In this document: one piece after another, positions 49,857 to 60,746 of the stretch
Layout of the letters: each line of letters opens with the position of its first letter
How positions within the stretch are numbered: position 1 is the first letter of the stretch
Origin: Azolla caroliniana
Taxonomy: Eukaryota > Plantae > Polypodiophyta
Length of the DNA: 64,000 nucleotides
Assembly: GCA_043228905.1 (NCBI GenBank)
Contig: JBHGNT010000009.1
Coordinates: forward strand, 14,322,001-14,386,000
Direction of reading: 5' to 3'
Notes under the pieces: generated by a model
The model's database searches: none
Told to the model about the DNA's origin: nothing
Seen by the model: only the letters and a program-made list of their open reading frames with translations
Program-made: the position numbers and the translations under genes

Positions 49857-52800
49857 TGTTACCGGCCCGACCGACAAAGGAGTCCAGAGTGTGAAACGGG
49901 GAGTTATTTAATTATTAGGAATGGTTGTAAGTAAGCTATGAGTGTGGATGGACGGACCGGAACCAGTATGCCGTTCCGGATCCGAACTGATCCCGAACAG
50001 GTGCGGATGGCACCGTTTTGTACTACAGACCGGAAACCTATTTAAAGGCCCGGATACAATGTAATGAGCAGCGGTTAATTAATAAAGCTTAGTGTTTTTT
50101 ATCTCTCTGTGTTAATTGTCGTTCTGCATTCATTGTTATATCTTACGCGTGTGATTATTAAGGACGATCTTACTAAGTAGCCTAATTAAGTCGGATTAAT
50201 CGTTGATTCTAATCCTATTGCCGTAACACCCCTTTGGTGAAGTGTCTTCCGTAGACACCCTATGTTAGGCCATTGTCCGTCCCTAAGAGTTAACAATGAA
50301 CTCTGGGAGAAGATCGGCATCATGTTCCTGAACAAGAATGCAATTAACCGGGTTTCGGTATTCCGAAAGCTAGTGAGGCTCCGGTATCAAGACGGCTCTA
50401 GCATGGCGGAGCACATGAATGCCTTCCAGGGGCTAATACATCAAGAAACCTCGTTGGAAGTACCTCTCGTTGATGAGGTACTCGCATTGCTCCTGTTAGG
50501 TTCCCTCCTGGATAACTAGGAGACATTAGTTGTCATGTTGGGCAACGCCGGGTCGGAAAGAAAACAGTTGTCCCTAGCAAGGGTAAAATCAAGCCCGCTA
50601 GATGAAGAAGCTCGTCGGAAGGACCGGGAGTCCGGAACCGATCCGAAGGCCTTGGTCACGGAAGATGACCACAACCGGGGAAGAGGCCGGTATCGGAGTC
50701 CCCAAAACCGAGACAAATCAGGGAAGAGATCGAAGTCAAGGGGGAGGCCCACATGCTTCTATTGCGGGAAGCCGGGACATTTCCAAAAGAACTATCGACA
50801 TTTTTGGAAAGAGAAGGAAACTGGCACTACCGACTCGAAGAAGAGTTCGGACCGAAACGGTTTGGATCGGAGAGGACCGGATCAGAAGGGAACGTCGGCG
50901 ATCGCGACAAGTGAAGAAGAACTAATGCTCATTACCGAAGAGAATGAGTTAAACCTTGTCGGCGACGAGACAACGTGGGTTGTCGATTCCGGAGCGTCGT
51001 TCCACCTGACACCGGACCGAAGATGCTTCTCATCCTACACAATTGGTGATCATGGTTGTGTCCAGATGGGGAATGAAGGGACATGCCGAATTATCGACAT
51101 AGGAGATGTGCTGTTGACGACATCAACCGGATGCAAGTTGTTGCTAAAGGATGTCTAACACGTTCCGGAGGTTCGACTGAACTTGATATCAACTGGCCGG
51201 CTAGATGATGAAGCCTACACGGGTAGCATCAGGAATGGAGTTATGAAGTTCAGCAAGGGAAGCTTCATCGTGGCCCGAGCCCGGAAGGTGAACACTCTGT
51301 ACTTGATGAATGGCCGGATATGCAGGGAAGAAGTGAACGTAGCAATCTACACTGTCGGTGAGCTGTGGCACAAAAGACTGTGTGACATGAGTGAGAAGGG
51401 GATGAAGAGGCTTGCCGAAGACAACCTCATTCTGTTGAAGGACGTGCAACTTGAGAAGTGCATGATTGCTTGGCCAACAAGCAAAACCGCACCTCCTTTC
51501 GGTCAAGACCACCGATGAGACGGAATGCACCACTGGAGCTGGTGCATACCGATGTATGTCAAGTGGACACTGAGTCACATGCCAGATCACAGTACTTCGT
51601 TACGTTCATAGATGACCACAGCCGGAAGTTGTGGGTCTCACTATTGAAGACGAAGGATCAAGTGCTATTCGTCTTCAAGGAGCTCCACGCAAGAGTGGAA
51701 AGAGAAACCGGTTGGAAGCTGAAGGCAGTTCAAGCAAATAACGGAGGAGAATACTAGGGGAAGTTTGAGGAGTACTGCTGGTTGAAGGGAATCCGGCTCA
51801 AATTCACCGTGCCGAAGATGCCTGAACTAAACGGGCTGGCCGAACGGATGAATCAGACCGTGATGGAGAGAGTCCAGAGTATGTTGGCACATGCAAAGTT
51901 ACCCAAGACATTTTGGGCTGAGGCGCTGACGATGGCAACCTATGTGATAAATAGATCACCCTCAGTGCCCTTGGACGGAGACACACCGCAAAGAGTATGG
52001 ACCAGTAAGGACGTGTCTTATCGGCATCTGAAGGTGTTCGGGTGTCTCGCATATGTGCATGTCGCAAAGGACAAGAGAGCAAAGTTGGATTCGAAGTCCA
52101 GGCCATGCATATTCCTTGGATATGGCGATGATGAGTTCGGTTATCGGGTGTGGGATCTGGTTGACAAGAAGGTGTTTTGGAGTCGAGACATAGTCTTCAT
52201 GGAAGACAGGACCATTGCTGACTGGGAGTCAGAGAAGAAGGTGATGAACTCCGGATCATTCAATGAAAACCAGCTTGAGGACACAAGGACTTACCCGGTT
52301 GAAAACTGGACGCTAGCCAGTAACCGAATGACACTCAACGAACCGGACGCATATGGACAAGAAACCGAACCGACTGAAGAAGAAGAAGAAGACACCGGAA
52401 CTAGACAAGATCCCGAATCAGATTCGGATCCGGAACAAACGGAGGAACCGGCAGTCGAAAATGAAGGACGGAGATATCCTCTCTGAGAGAGAAGAGCCCC
52501 CCGGAGATTTCCGGATGTAGAGCATGTGTTGCTAACCGATGAGGGGGAGCCGGAAAGCTTCTAAGAAGAAAAACTAGACACCCACAACCACAAGTGGTTG
52601 AGTGCCATGTAGGATGAGATGGATTCCCTGCATGAGAACCACACATATGAACTGATGGAGCTGCTGAAAGGGAAGAGAGCATTCTGGAACAAGTGGGTGT
52701 ACAAACTCAAACCGGGAGATGCCGCAAATCCACCAAGGTATAAGGCCCGAATTGTGGTGAAGGGCTTCTAGCAGAAGAAAGGAGTGGATTTCGATGAGAT

Positions 52801-54596
52801 TTTTGCCCTGGTAGTAAAGATGGCATCCATTTGGACGGTATTGGGCATACCGGCAAGCATGGACCTCGAGGTAGAGCAACTGGACGTGAAGATGACATTC
52901 CTCCATGGTGACCTCGAAGAGGAGATCTATAGGCATCAACCGGAAGGATTTGAGAAGAAAGGGAAGGAGCACCTAGTGTGCCGGTTGAAGAAGAGCTTAT
53001 ACTGACTGAAACAAGCTCCCCCGCAATGGTACCGGAAGTTCATCTCCTTCATGATCGATCAAGGGTACCACAAGACGCAGGCCGATCACTGTGTGTTTGT
53101 GAAGAAATTCGATGGAGGAGATTTCTTGATACTCCTATATGTGGATGATATGTTGATTGTCGGACGAGACCAAGGCAAGATCCGGATGCTGAAGAAGGCT
53201 CTGAACCAGACCTTCTCAATGAAATAAATTTTTTTTTCCAAAAGAAAATATACTTCCATTAGTTTTTAGAAAAGTCATAAAAACTACAACATACAAAATT
53301 TTTCCCCAACTCATCTTTATAAGATGATGGTTGAGGAAACAAAACTTTGAACTCCAAAATAGAGGAAAATAGACAACTAATCTGAAAATTATTCTATAAA
53401 TAGCTTCCAAGCTATTCCATATTGCTACCACAAGCTTCTAAGGAAGAGAACAATGTATTCCATGCCTCTACATCTCAGTTTTGAAGTTGATTGGGTCTGG
53501 CAAGACAGATATTGGGAATGCACATCATCCGGGACCGGTTGAAGAAGCTATTGTGGTTGTCACAAGAGAAGTATGTGACAAGACAAAGGTGCTTCAAAGG
53601 TTCAACATGTCGGAGGCGAAACTGGTCAGATCGACACTTCCAGCAAACCGCAAGCTCTCCGGGAAACAAAGCCCGAGGACAAAAGCGGAGAAGATGGATT
53701 TGATGAAGATACCATATGCTTCTGCCATCGAGAGCTTGATGTACACAATGGTATGTACCCAGACAGATATCAGATATGCAGTTGGAGTGGCGAGCCGGTT
53801 CATGAGCAATCCCGGCAAAGAGCATTGGAACGCGGTCAAGTCTCAATTGGCAGCATCATTCCAGATGGAGAACTTGGGGGACCTTCACAACTTCCTCGGG
53901 ATCGAAGTGATCCGCATCCTGGAAGGCATATTAATAAGCCAATGACACTATGTGTTGAATATGCTCTTCAAATTTGGCATGAAGGATTGCAAATCCATCT
54001 CGACTCCTTTGGACAGAAATGTCAAGCTTCGTCACGGATTAGGAACCGCATGCGACGCAACACGGTTCCAACAAATTGTTGGAAGCTTGATTTATTTGAC
54101 AATCACACGGTCAAACCGCAGTTATCCGGTCAGATTGATCAGTCAATTCATATTGCAGCCAATGTTCGACCACCTTCAGTGCGCACATAGGATATTGCAC
54201 TATGTGAGGAGGAGCTGAGGGGTCGAAGGGCACCAAATCCGCAAATGCAAGGAGAAGGCCGTCAAGTGCCTTGGGAGCAGACAAGCTGACCAGACGGGTC
54301 GTGGAGCGTGGGCCAGGAGGCAAGATGGTAGAAGGAGCCAAGGCTAAGAACCGACAGAGTAGAAGGAGGAACCTTAGGTTGAGCTTGAGGGGGAGTGTTG
54401 AGAAACAAGCTCAACATGAAGCTGAACCGGCTGAAGGACCGGTTGGGAGGATCGATTGGAGGCTAAATACCTGATTAACTGAAGAAGTTGATAGGTAGAT
54501 TGGCCGGGAGAGCCGACAGGCCATTAGGGCCTACATTCTTATGCTTAGTAATAGGAATATTTTAGGTACAGTAAGGGTCAGATGCTCTTATGTGAG

Positions 54597-57500
54597 TGAT
54601 AGGGTGTATAAGATAATAGATAGTTATACACTATATGAGGGCTTGACCAAACCGATTAGATGGAGTTGAAAATCATAATATATTATATAGCTCTAGGTAA
54701 CTATGATTAGAGAGTATAACTCAAGAAACTAAGAAAAAAGATAGAGAAAGCGAGCAAGAAATAAGAATGTTCTGATATTCCAACATCAAGAGAATACAAA
54801 GGAGACAAACTCCACATTGAACTAAAACCAAAGACCTTCCTCTTCTAAGACACTTCCTCTTCCACAAAGACACTTCTTCCTAACACTCCTCATCCACTCT
54901 TTGGCCTTCACTCTTAGCCCCCTTCCTCACTAATATCCCTTCTTCTTTTATAACCTTCCTCTTCTTATCCACGTTCATGCTATTTTTAGAAGCTTTTTAT
55001 CTCCCTATTTTTAGCTATGACACATCGACCTTCTAATCGTCATATCTCCCTCATCCGATATCCAAATTAAGCGATTTAAAAAGCTATAGAAAGCTCTTTT
55101 TACAAGCTTTCTAATCCATATTTAAACGTGATATTTGGATAAACAACGAGGGAGTTATGACCATTCTATTTTTACTGTTTTTTATAGTCTGCGTTTTCTC
55201 TTTTTACTTTTCTCTTGGTCTCGTACTTTTACTTTTGACTTCTTCCCTAAGGTCTTAGTTCGTGTTCTTATCCTCAAAAGGTGAATTATCTATACTTTAT
55301 ATTCTCCTAATGTTCAATGGCTTAGATTCTAAAAACACTTTCACATTTAGCCCTCCCCCTTGTTAGAGGCTAAGCCATTTATGGCGAAGCACTTATTGGC
55401 AGTACTTAACAAACAAAAGCTCTCTCGCCAATCTCTTGGCTATAGACAATGAGAGAGATATAATAAAAAGAAAATAAAAAGATGTGAGTAAAACCCCCGC
55501 TAATCGGTAGGAAAAACCTCACACTCCTAGACACACCCACACACACATTGACAATTCCATCATCATCTTTCTCCTTGTCAACACAAAGAAAGAGGTTACC
55601 ACAATCATTATGTCTTCGTTAACTCTCCAAAGACTAGTAGGGCCATGGGATACATCACTCTTGATAGCAGTAAGCATGTCAACATATAAATGAATCTTTC
55701 GAGCGAGCGCACCTTTTGCACAAATACTTTCAAAGCTTCAAGACTTGTCGGAATTGTCATCTTTGTAATTATGTTAATCTTTGAATCATCCACATGAAAT
55801 CCTTTTTGGCACAACATATTGTCCACACTACCTTGTTTTGTATAAACAACCATTTTATCGACAATCTCATCTCGAGAAGGAAGTGAAAATTCATCTCGTT
55901 TGGTCGAATCATTCAAGGGTTTGAAATTGATCTCATTCTTCTTTGGAACCAAAACTATAGGTGACACACACCTCAAATCTTCCATCTTATAATTGGAACT
56001 TTCTTGTAACCATGCGTTGAACTCTTGCATAAATTCTTCCTTTTGTTCAACACTCAATTGCCGAAGCTTTGGGGAAATTGATACACTTTCCTTCAAGTTG
56101 ATGTGGTATTTGTTGCAAGCTTCTCCTCTTATTCCAAAACACTTGATGAACACATCCTCCACTATGCTTGTGCAATGCACCACTCCACTATCTACTACAA
56201 CCACCCTTGTTGAAGATGACCTACTAATAGGAATTCCTACTTTGTTTACTACAAATTCAGAAATCAAGCTTACCCTAGCACCACTATCACCCAAGGCATC
56301 TTTGATGTGAACCCCTTTGATGGAGACAGGGATGATTGGACGTATGTCCTTTCGATCTTCTACTCGCATGATCCCCACGTAATGCACGGTCTTTTGACTT
56401 TGGCAAATACTCACAAGCCTCCCCCACTCATTTTGTAATGTGGATGATAATTGGAGAAGTTGCGGCCATGTTATCCTTGGTCCACTCGATATCAATTCAT
56501 GCTTCCGATTGAAAGATTCTACACCTTCTCCCATAGGAATATCCTCCATCTTTATCTTCCTTCTAGAGTGTCTCCTTCTCAATTTGTCCTCTTTCTCATT
56601 CTCCTTAGACTTCTTCTTTTGTCTTGAGTCACTAGATTCTCCTTCAACTTCTTTCTCCTTTTGCGAGGCTCTTGTCCTTTTCACAAGAGCTACTTCACAA
56701 GCACTATCACTATCATCAATAAAATTAAGAAGATTCACATTATGAGGAATTGTAGGAACCTGAGTCATTGGAAGTGTTATGGATTCGCCTCCTTCGACTC
56801 CATTGTTGATAGGTCGTTGTCCATTCCGTTGCACTTCATACATGTCTCTTTCCATACCTCTTTGTTGTCGATGAGGACATCTTGTTGAGTGTCCCTCCTC
56901 TTGACAAGAATAACAAATTACACCTTGATGCCCTCTAGAGCCACCACCATCGGGAATAGTGTTGCGAATTGCTTGGGATTGTTGCAAGTGGGCCATCACT
57001 TCATCAAAGCGCCGATTCACCAACGCCATTGTATCTTGTTCACTCTTCACTTGTTCCACTTCTTGAGATATACTTGTTGGGTTTATTGTTGTGGTGGTAT
57101 ACACATTTGGAAACACTTGTCCACCATGCACAATTGAAGATAAGGCTTGAAAGTTGGCACGAGGCATCAAATTTGCACCCAAAGCCGTCATTTGGGGATC
57201 CCCCATGGAACTCATCATCTTCACTTGTCGATCATAATCTTGACAAACTTGGAGAAGAGCTTGAAAAGTCGTTGGATCCTTCAAGCTTGCCTCCAAACGG
57301 AAATGCATATCAAGGCCCACCTTAAATTGTTCTATCTTAAACCACTCGTCTTCGGTGCCACCACGAAGACGAATCCACGTCGTCCACAATTCTTGGAAAT
57401 TTCGTTCATACTCTAAAAAACCAAAAGGTGATTCCATCTTTAGTTGAAAAAGCTCCTCCCTTACCTCAGTTGCACTTTTCCATTGAATATATCTTGTACG

Positions 57501-58543
57501 AAATTGATGCACCAATAATTGATATTCTCCTTGTTCATTTTGCGGAAGAGAGTCATACCAATCTCGAGCACGACCATAGAATGTAGCTACCAACAAGGGC
57601 AACTTTTCGTTGTCGGTGATGCGTCCAATAGATATGGCATGATGCTCAAAGCATGCCAAAAAGGCACCAGCATCTTGTGTTCTTTCACCCGAAAATGCAA
57701 ATTGCATAGCTAAGTTAATGTAATATAGTAACACAATTAAATGATAACTTCTCTTCCTATACAGAAAGGATCGACCCTCCCTGGAGCGCCAAAATGATAG
57801 GGTGTATAAGATAATAGATAGTTATACACTATATGAGGGCTTGACCAAACCGATTAGATGGAGTTGAAAATCATAATATATTATATAGCTCTAGGTAACT
57901 ATGATTAGAGAGTATAACTCAAGAAACTAAGAAAAAAGATAGAGAAAGCGAGCAAGAAATAAGAATGTTCTGATATTCCAACATCAAGAGAATACAAAGG
58001 AGACAAACTCCACATTGAACTAAAACCAAAGACCTTCCTCTTCTAAGACACTTCCTCTTCCACAAAGACACTTCTTCCTAACACTCCTCATCCACTCTTT
58101 GGCCTTCACTCTTAGCCCCCTTCCTCACTAATATCCCTTCTTCTTTTATAACCTTCCTCTTCTTATCCACGTTCATGCTATTTTTAGAAGCTTTTTATCT
58201 CCCTATTTTTAGCTATGACACATCGACCTTCTAATCGTCATATCTCCCTCATCCGATATCCAAATTAAGCGATTTAAAAAGCTATAGAAAGCTCTTTTTA
58301 CAAGCTTTCTAATCCATATTTAAACGTGATATTTGGATAAACAACGAGGGAGTTATGACCATTCTATTTTTACTGTTTTTTATAGTCTGCGTTTTCTCTT
58401 TTTACTTTTCTCTTGGTCTCGTACTTTTACTTTTGACTTCTTCCCTAAGGTCTTAGTTCGTGTTCTTATCCTCAAAAGGTGAATTATCTATACTTTATAT
58501 TCTCCTAATGTTCAATGGCTTAGATTCTAAAAACACTTTCACA
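54597..58543 (-). mobile_element. Element E: young non-autonomous gypsy-type LTR element (TR-GAG-like), 749-bp LTRs 58543-57795 and 55345-54597
   Basis: TSD GTGAG; LTRs appear identical by eye; PBS TGGCGCTCCAGGGAGGGTC (57791-57773, possibly tRNA-Asn-like); PPT agggggaggg; no integrase or RNase H. Confidence 0.93.
55608..57707 (-). CDS. Gag-protease-truncated RT polyprotein of element E, 699 aa from the first ATG
   Basis: Gag (FYGRARDWYDSL), knuckle-like CYSCQEEGHSTRC, protease ALGDSGARVS, then RT remnants (VSPIVLVPKKN, KRDEFSLP, GFHVDDSKI) with no YxDD block. Confidence 0.85.
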   Translation of the reverse strand: MQFAFSGERTQDAGAFLACFEHHAISIGRITDNEKLPLLVATFYGRARDWYDSLPQNEQGEYQLLVHQFRTRYIQWKSATEVREELFQLKMESPFGFLEYERNFQELWTTWIRLRGGTEDEWFKIEQFKVGLDMHFRLEASLKDPTTFQALLQVCQDYDRQVKMMSSMGDPQMTALGANLMPRANFQALSSIVHGGQVFPNVYTTTTINPTSISQEVEQVKSEQDTMALVNRRFDEVMAHLQQSQAIRNTIPDGGGSRGHQGVICYSCQEEGHSTRCPHRQQRGMERDMYEVQRNGQRPINNGVEGGESITLPMTQVPTIPHNVNLLNFIDDSDSACEVALVKRTRASQKEKEVEGESSDSRQKKKSKENEKEDKLRRRHSRRKIKMEDIPMGEGVESFNRKHELISSGPRITWPQLLQLSSTLQNEWGRLVSICQSQKTVHYVGIMRVEDRKDIRPIIPVSIKGVHIKDALGDSGARVSLISEFVVNKVGIPISRSSSTRVVVVDSGVVHCTSIVEDVFIKCFGIRGEACNKYHINLKESVSISPKLRQLSVEQKEEFMQEFNAWLQESSNYKMEDLRCVSPIVLVPKKNEINFKPLNDSTKRDEFSLPSRDEIVDKMVVYTKQGSVDNMLCQKGFHVDDSKINIITKMTIPTSLEALKVFVQKVRSLERFIYMLTCLLLSRVMYPMALLVFGELTKT

Positions 58544-58770
58544 GTGAGCATTGAAGTACTTGTCAGTCCTTTGGAGGACTTGTTTAAATGTGCTCAATGA
58601 GCACATCATCTTGTACAAAGTATTTTTTTTAATTGAGTTTTTGTTGTGTGCTCTCTCTATCTCTCTCTCACATAATGTGTACTCTCTCTCTCTCTCCCTC
58701 TTTGTGTATACCTAACTGTCTACAGGTGTCCGGTAGAGCCAGTTGTGTTTTGTGTTCAAGTTTCCGCACA

Positions 58771-60368
58771 TGCAACTCTTTACAGACTCACTAGGGGACC
58801 CGGTTCTAGTGCCAAAAAGGGTGCCATCATGGGTTGTCCCAACCCTGTCCCGACGGTCACTTGTGGCCTTAGATAAGGACCTCAAATAATTTTCTCCTTC
58901 CCTCATTCTCTTCATTCATGATTTCCCAATTCACTTTGTATTGGTCAAGTAGTGTGGAGGGCTATCTCTTTCTCTCTAGTCCTAACTAGTCCCGATTTGT
59001 CCCAACTCTGAAATTGTTTTTTCCCAAATTTGGAACGGTTATAAGCTTTTAAGTTCTAAACATAATATATGAGAATTCTTGCCCTAAGAGAGAAGAGGGG
59101 TTCCTCTCAAGTGGAAGGAGAACTGACTAGCCAAGTTCGAGTCCAGGCGAGGTCGATGATGTGGTGTCCATGTTTTGTCCCAACTAGGACAAACTCCCAA
59201 ACTGAGTCTCAACGGGTAGTCCTAATGCCTAGACAACCAACTAGTTAGTCCCAATGGCCATATTTAACGTATATAAGGAGGATTGGTCCACATTTGTATT
59301 CATTCCCACATTCCCACATTTTGATTCTCATACTCATCATTTTTGGTTCAGAGGAGGTTGGAGTGCTCTATCTCCCTAGCTGTTTTGGGAGTTGTCCCAA
59401 CTCAGTCCCGATTTGTCTTGACTCAATCCTGATTTGTCCCGACTGACTGCTCACTTGTCCCAACTCCAGATTTTGGTTTGTCTCAAATTGGGATGATCCT
59501 AAGCTTTTCTTTGTTAATATAATTTATGAGCATGTTTTGGGTCCCAACTTGTTTCCCAATCATGTTTTCTGTATGTTTTAAGACTCTCATGAAATAGTGG
59601 TGTAACACTTGGTATTAGAGCAAGAGTGCAAGTTGGGAGTGGATATGATGCCAAGGAAGGAAAAAGTGATTGAGGGAAGAGATGAAATGGGAGGTGAATG
59701 GGATTGACCACAATCAAGAAGCCATGGAAGGGTGTGAGCCAATTGAGATTGTGGTGGCACATGTCGTGAAAATCTTAGAAGAATAAATGAAGGAGCAATG
59801 CCCAAAGAGGACCAAAATGAGGGTCGAAGAGGAGGAATTGAGATTGAGATTGAGATTGAGATCGTGGCCGAGGTGGACTCAACCAAGTTGGTTGAGCAAG
59901 GAAGGAAGATAGAAGAAGGACACTAAGAGGCATTAGAACGAGAGCTCAAGATTGAGCAAGAGACTAAGGTGCAAGGAGGAACTACCTTAGGTTGCGACAA
60001 CCCAATCCCAACGGGTAGGCTCAAGAGACCACCCAACGACTAGTCCCAATGGCTAGCAAACCAAGTGACTTGTCCAAATGACCATACTTGGCCTATATAT
60101 GAAGGATCACTCCACATTTGTATTCATTCCCACATTCTCATTTTCATTCTCACCATTTTAACTCTAAGGAGCATGTAATGCTCTCTCTCTAGCTATTTTG
60201 GGAGTTGTCCCGACTTGTCCCAAGTTCGGATTTTGGTTTGTCTCAAATTGAGACAATTGTAAGATCTTCTTTGTTAATATAATTCATGGGCATGTTTTGT
60301 GTCCCAAATTGTTTCCCAATCGAGTTTTCTGTATGTTTTAAGGCCCCCCATGAAATAGGGGCGTAACA
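58771..60368 (+). mobile_element. Element F: decayed non-coding LTR element (LTR-like repeats ending at 59607 and 60368)
   Basis: Diverged direct repeat at about 59200-59607 and 60000-60368, each ending gtaaca; PBS-like tggtattagagc (iMet) at 59610-59621; many internal ttgtccc(a/g)act motifs. Confidence 0.65.
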
Positions 60369-60746
60369 TACGAAGGTGTTCTCGACCACGACGGATGAGC
60401 AAAGGAAAAATGATGGAAGAAAGGCTTGGGAGGGTCATAGAGATAGAGATGAAGATTCCAGGCTTGGTCAACAAAGGTTATGGAGCAAGAGGCGAAGGTG
60501 GAGGAACTTTCTCAACGGGCCATAGAGCAAAGTATCATCGAGAGTGGGGTAGGATCAGGATGTGGTGGTTAGTTACTCTCATCAATCTTAGGGACATCAA
60601 GAATCTAATCGATTAAATTAGCTTCTTTTCCTGCACATAAAATAAACTGTACCCTTGCTTTTCCCACTCCAAATGCCAGGTAATACATCCATCACCTCGT
60701 TATTCCACCCAGAAAGCTTTGTCAAGGAAAGCTCCATGGGAGTGAT

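Larger units (their letters stand above)
30371..50295 (+). mobile_element. Element D1: non-chromovirus Ty3/gypsy (Athila/Phygy/Selgy-like, no extra archaeal-type RNase H) with a long 3' extra ORF; LTRs 30371-30817 and 49857-50295; hosts D2
   Basis: TSD ATGAA inside the copia gag; LTRs differ by roughly 17 substitutions and one 8-bp indel (manual count); PBS-like TGGCGACCA at 30825-30833; no PPT before the 3' LTR. Confidence 0.95.
29631..53840 (+). mobile_element. Copia-1: decayed Tork/Tnt1-like Ty1/copia element, split by D1 (30371-50295) and an AT-rich insert (about 53225-53488)
   Basis: LTR to about 30097 with cccgtggtttttt...gggttttccacgt; PBS tagtatcagagt (iMet-like, 30099-30110); gag from 30125 (SNYSMWKSKM) resuming at 50296; CFYCGKPGH; WVVDSGAS; integrase (ELVHTDVC, NGLAERMN, CIFLGYG); RT (QLDVKMTFLHG, LYVDDML). 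Several stops and frameshifts. Confidence 0.9.
53841..58770 (+). mobile_element. Copia-2: 3' fragment of a different copia element (RT C-terminal half, PPT, 3' LTR from 54396 split by element E)
   Basis: FQMENLGDLHNFLGIEV...MKDCKSISTPL...FQQIVGSLIYLTITR; PPT ttgagggggag followed by TGTTG; the LTR resumes after 58543, right end about 58770 (uncertain). Confidence 0.75.

Noticed and set aside
30708-49900. Many antisense and alternate-frame ORFs in D1 and D2
   Set aside because: Expected shadows of GC-rich gag-pol and extra-ORF coding sequence.
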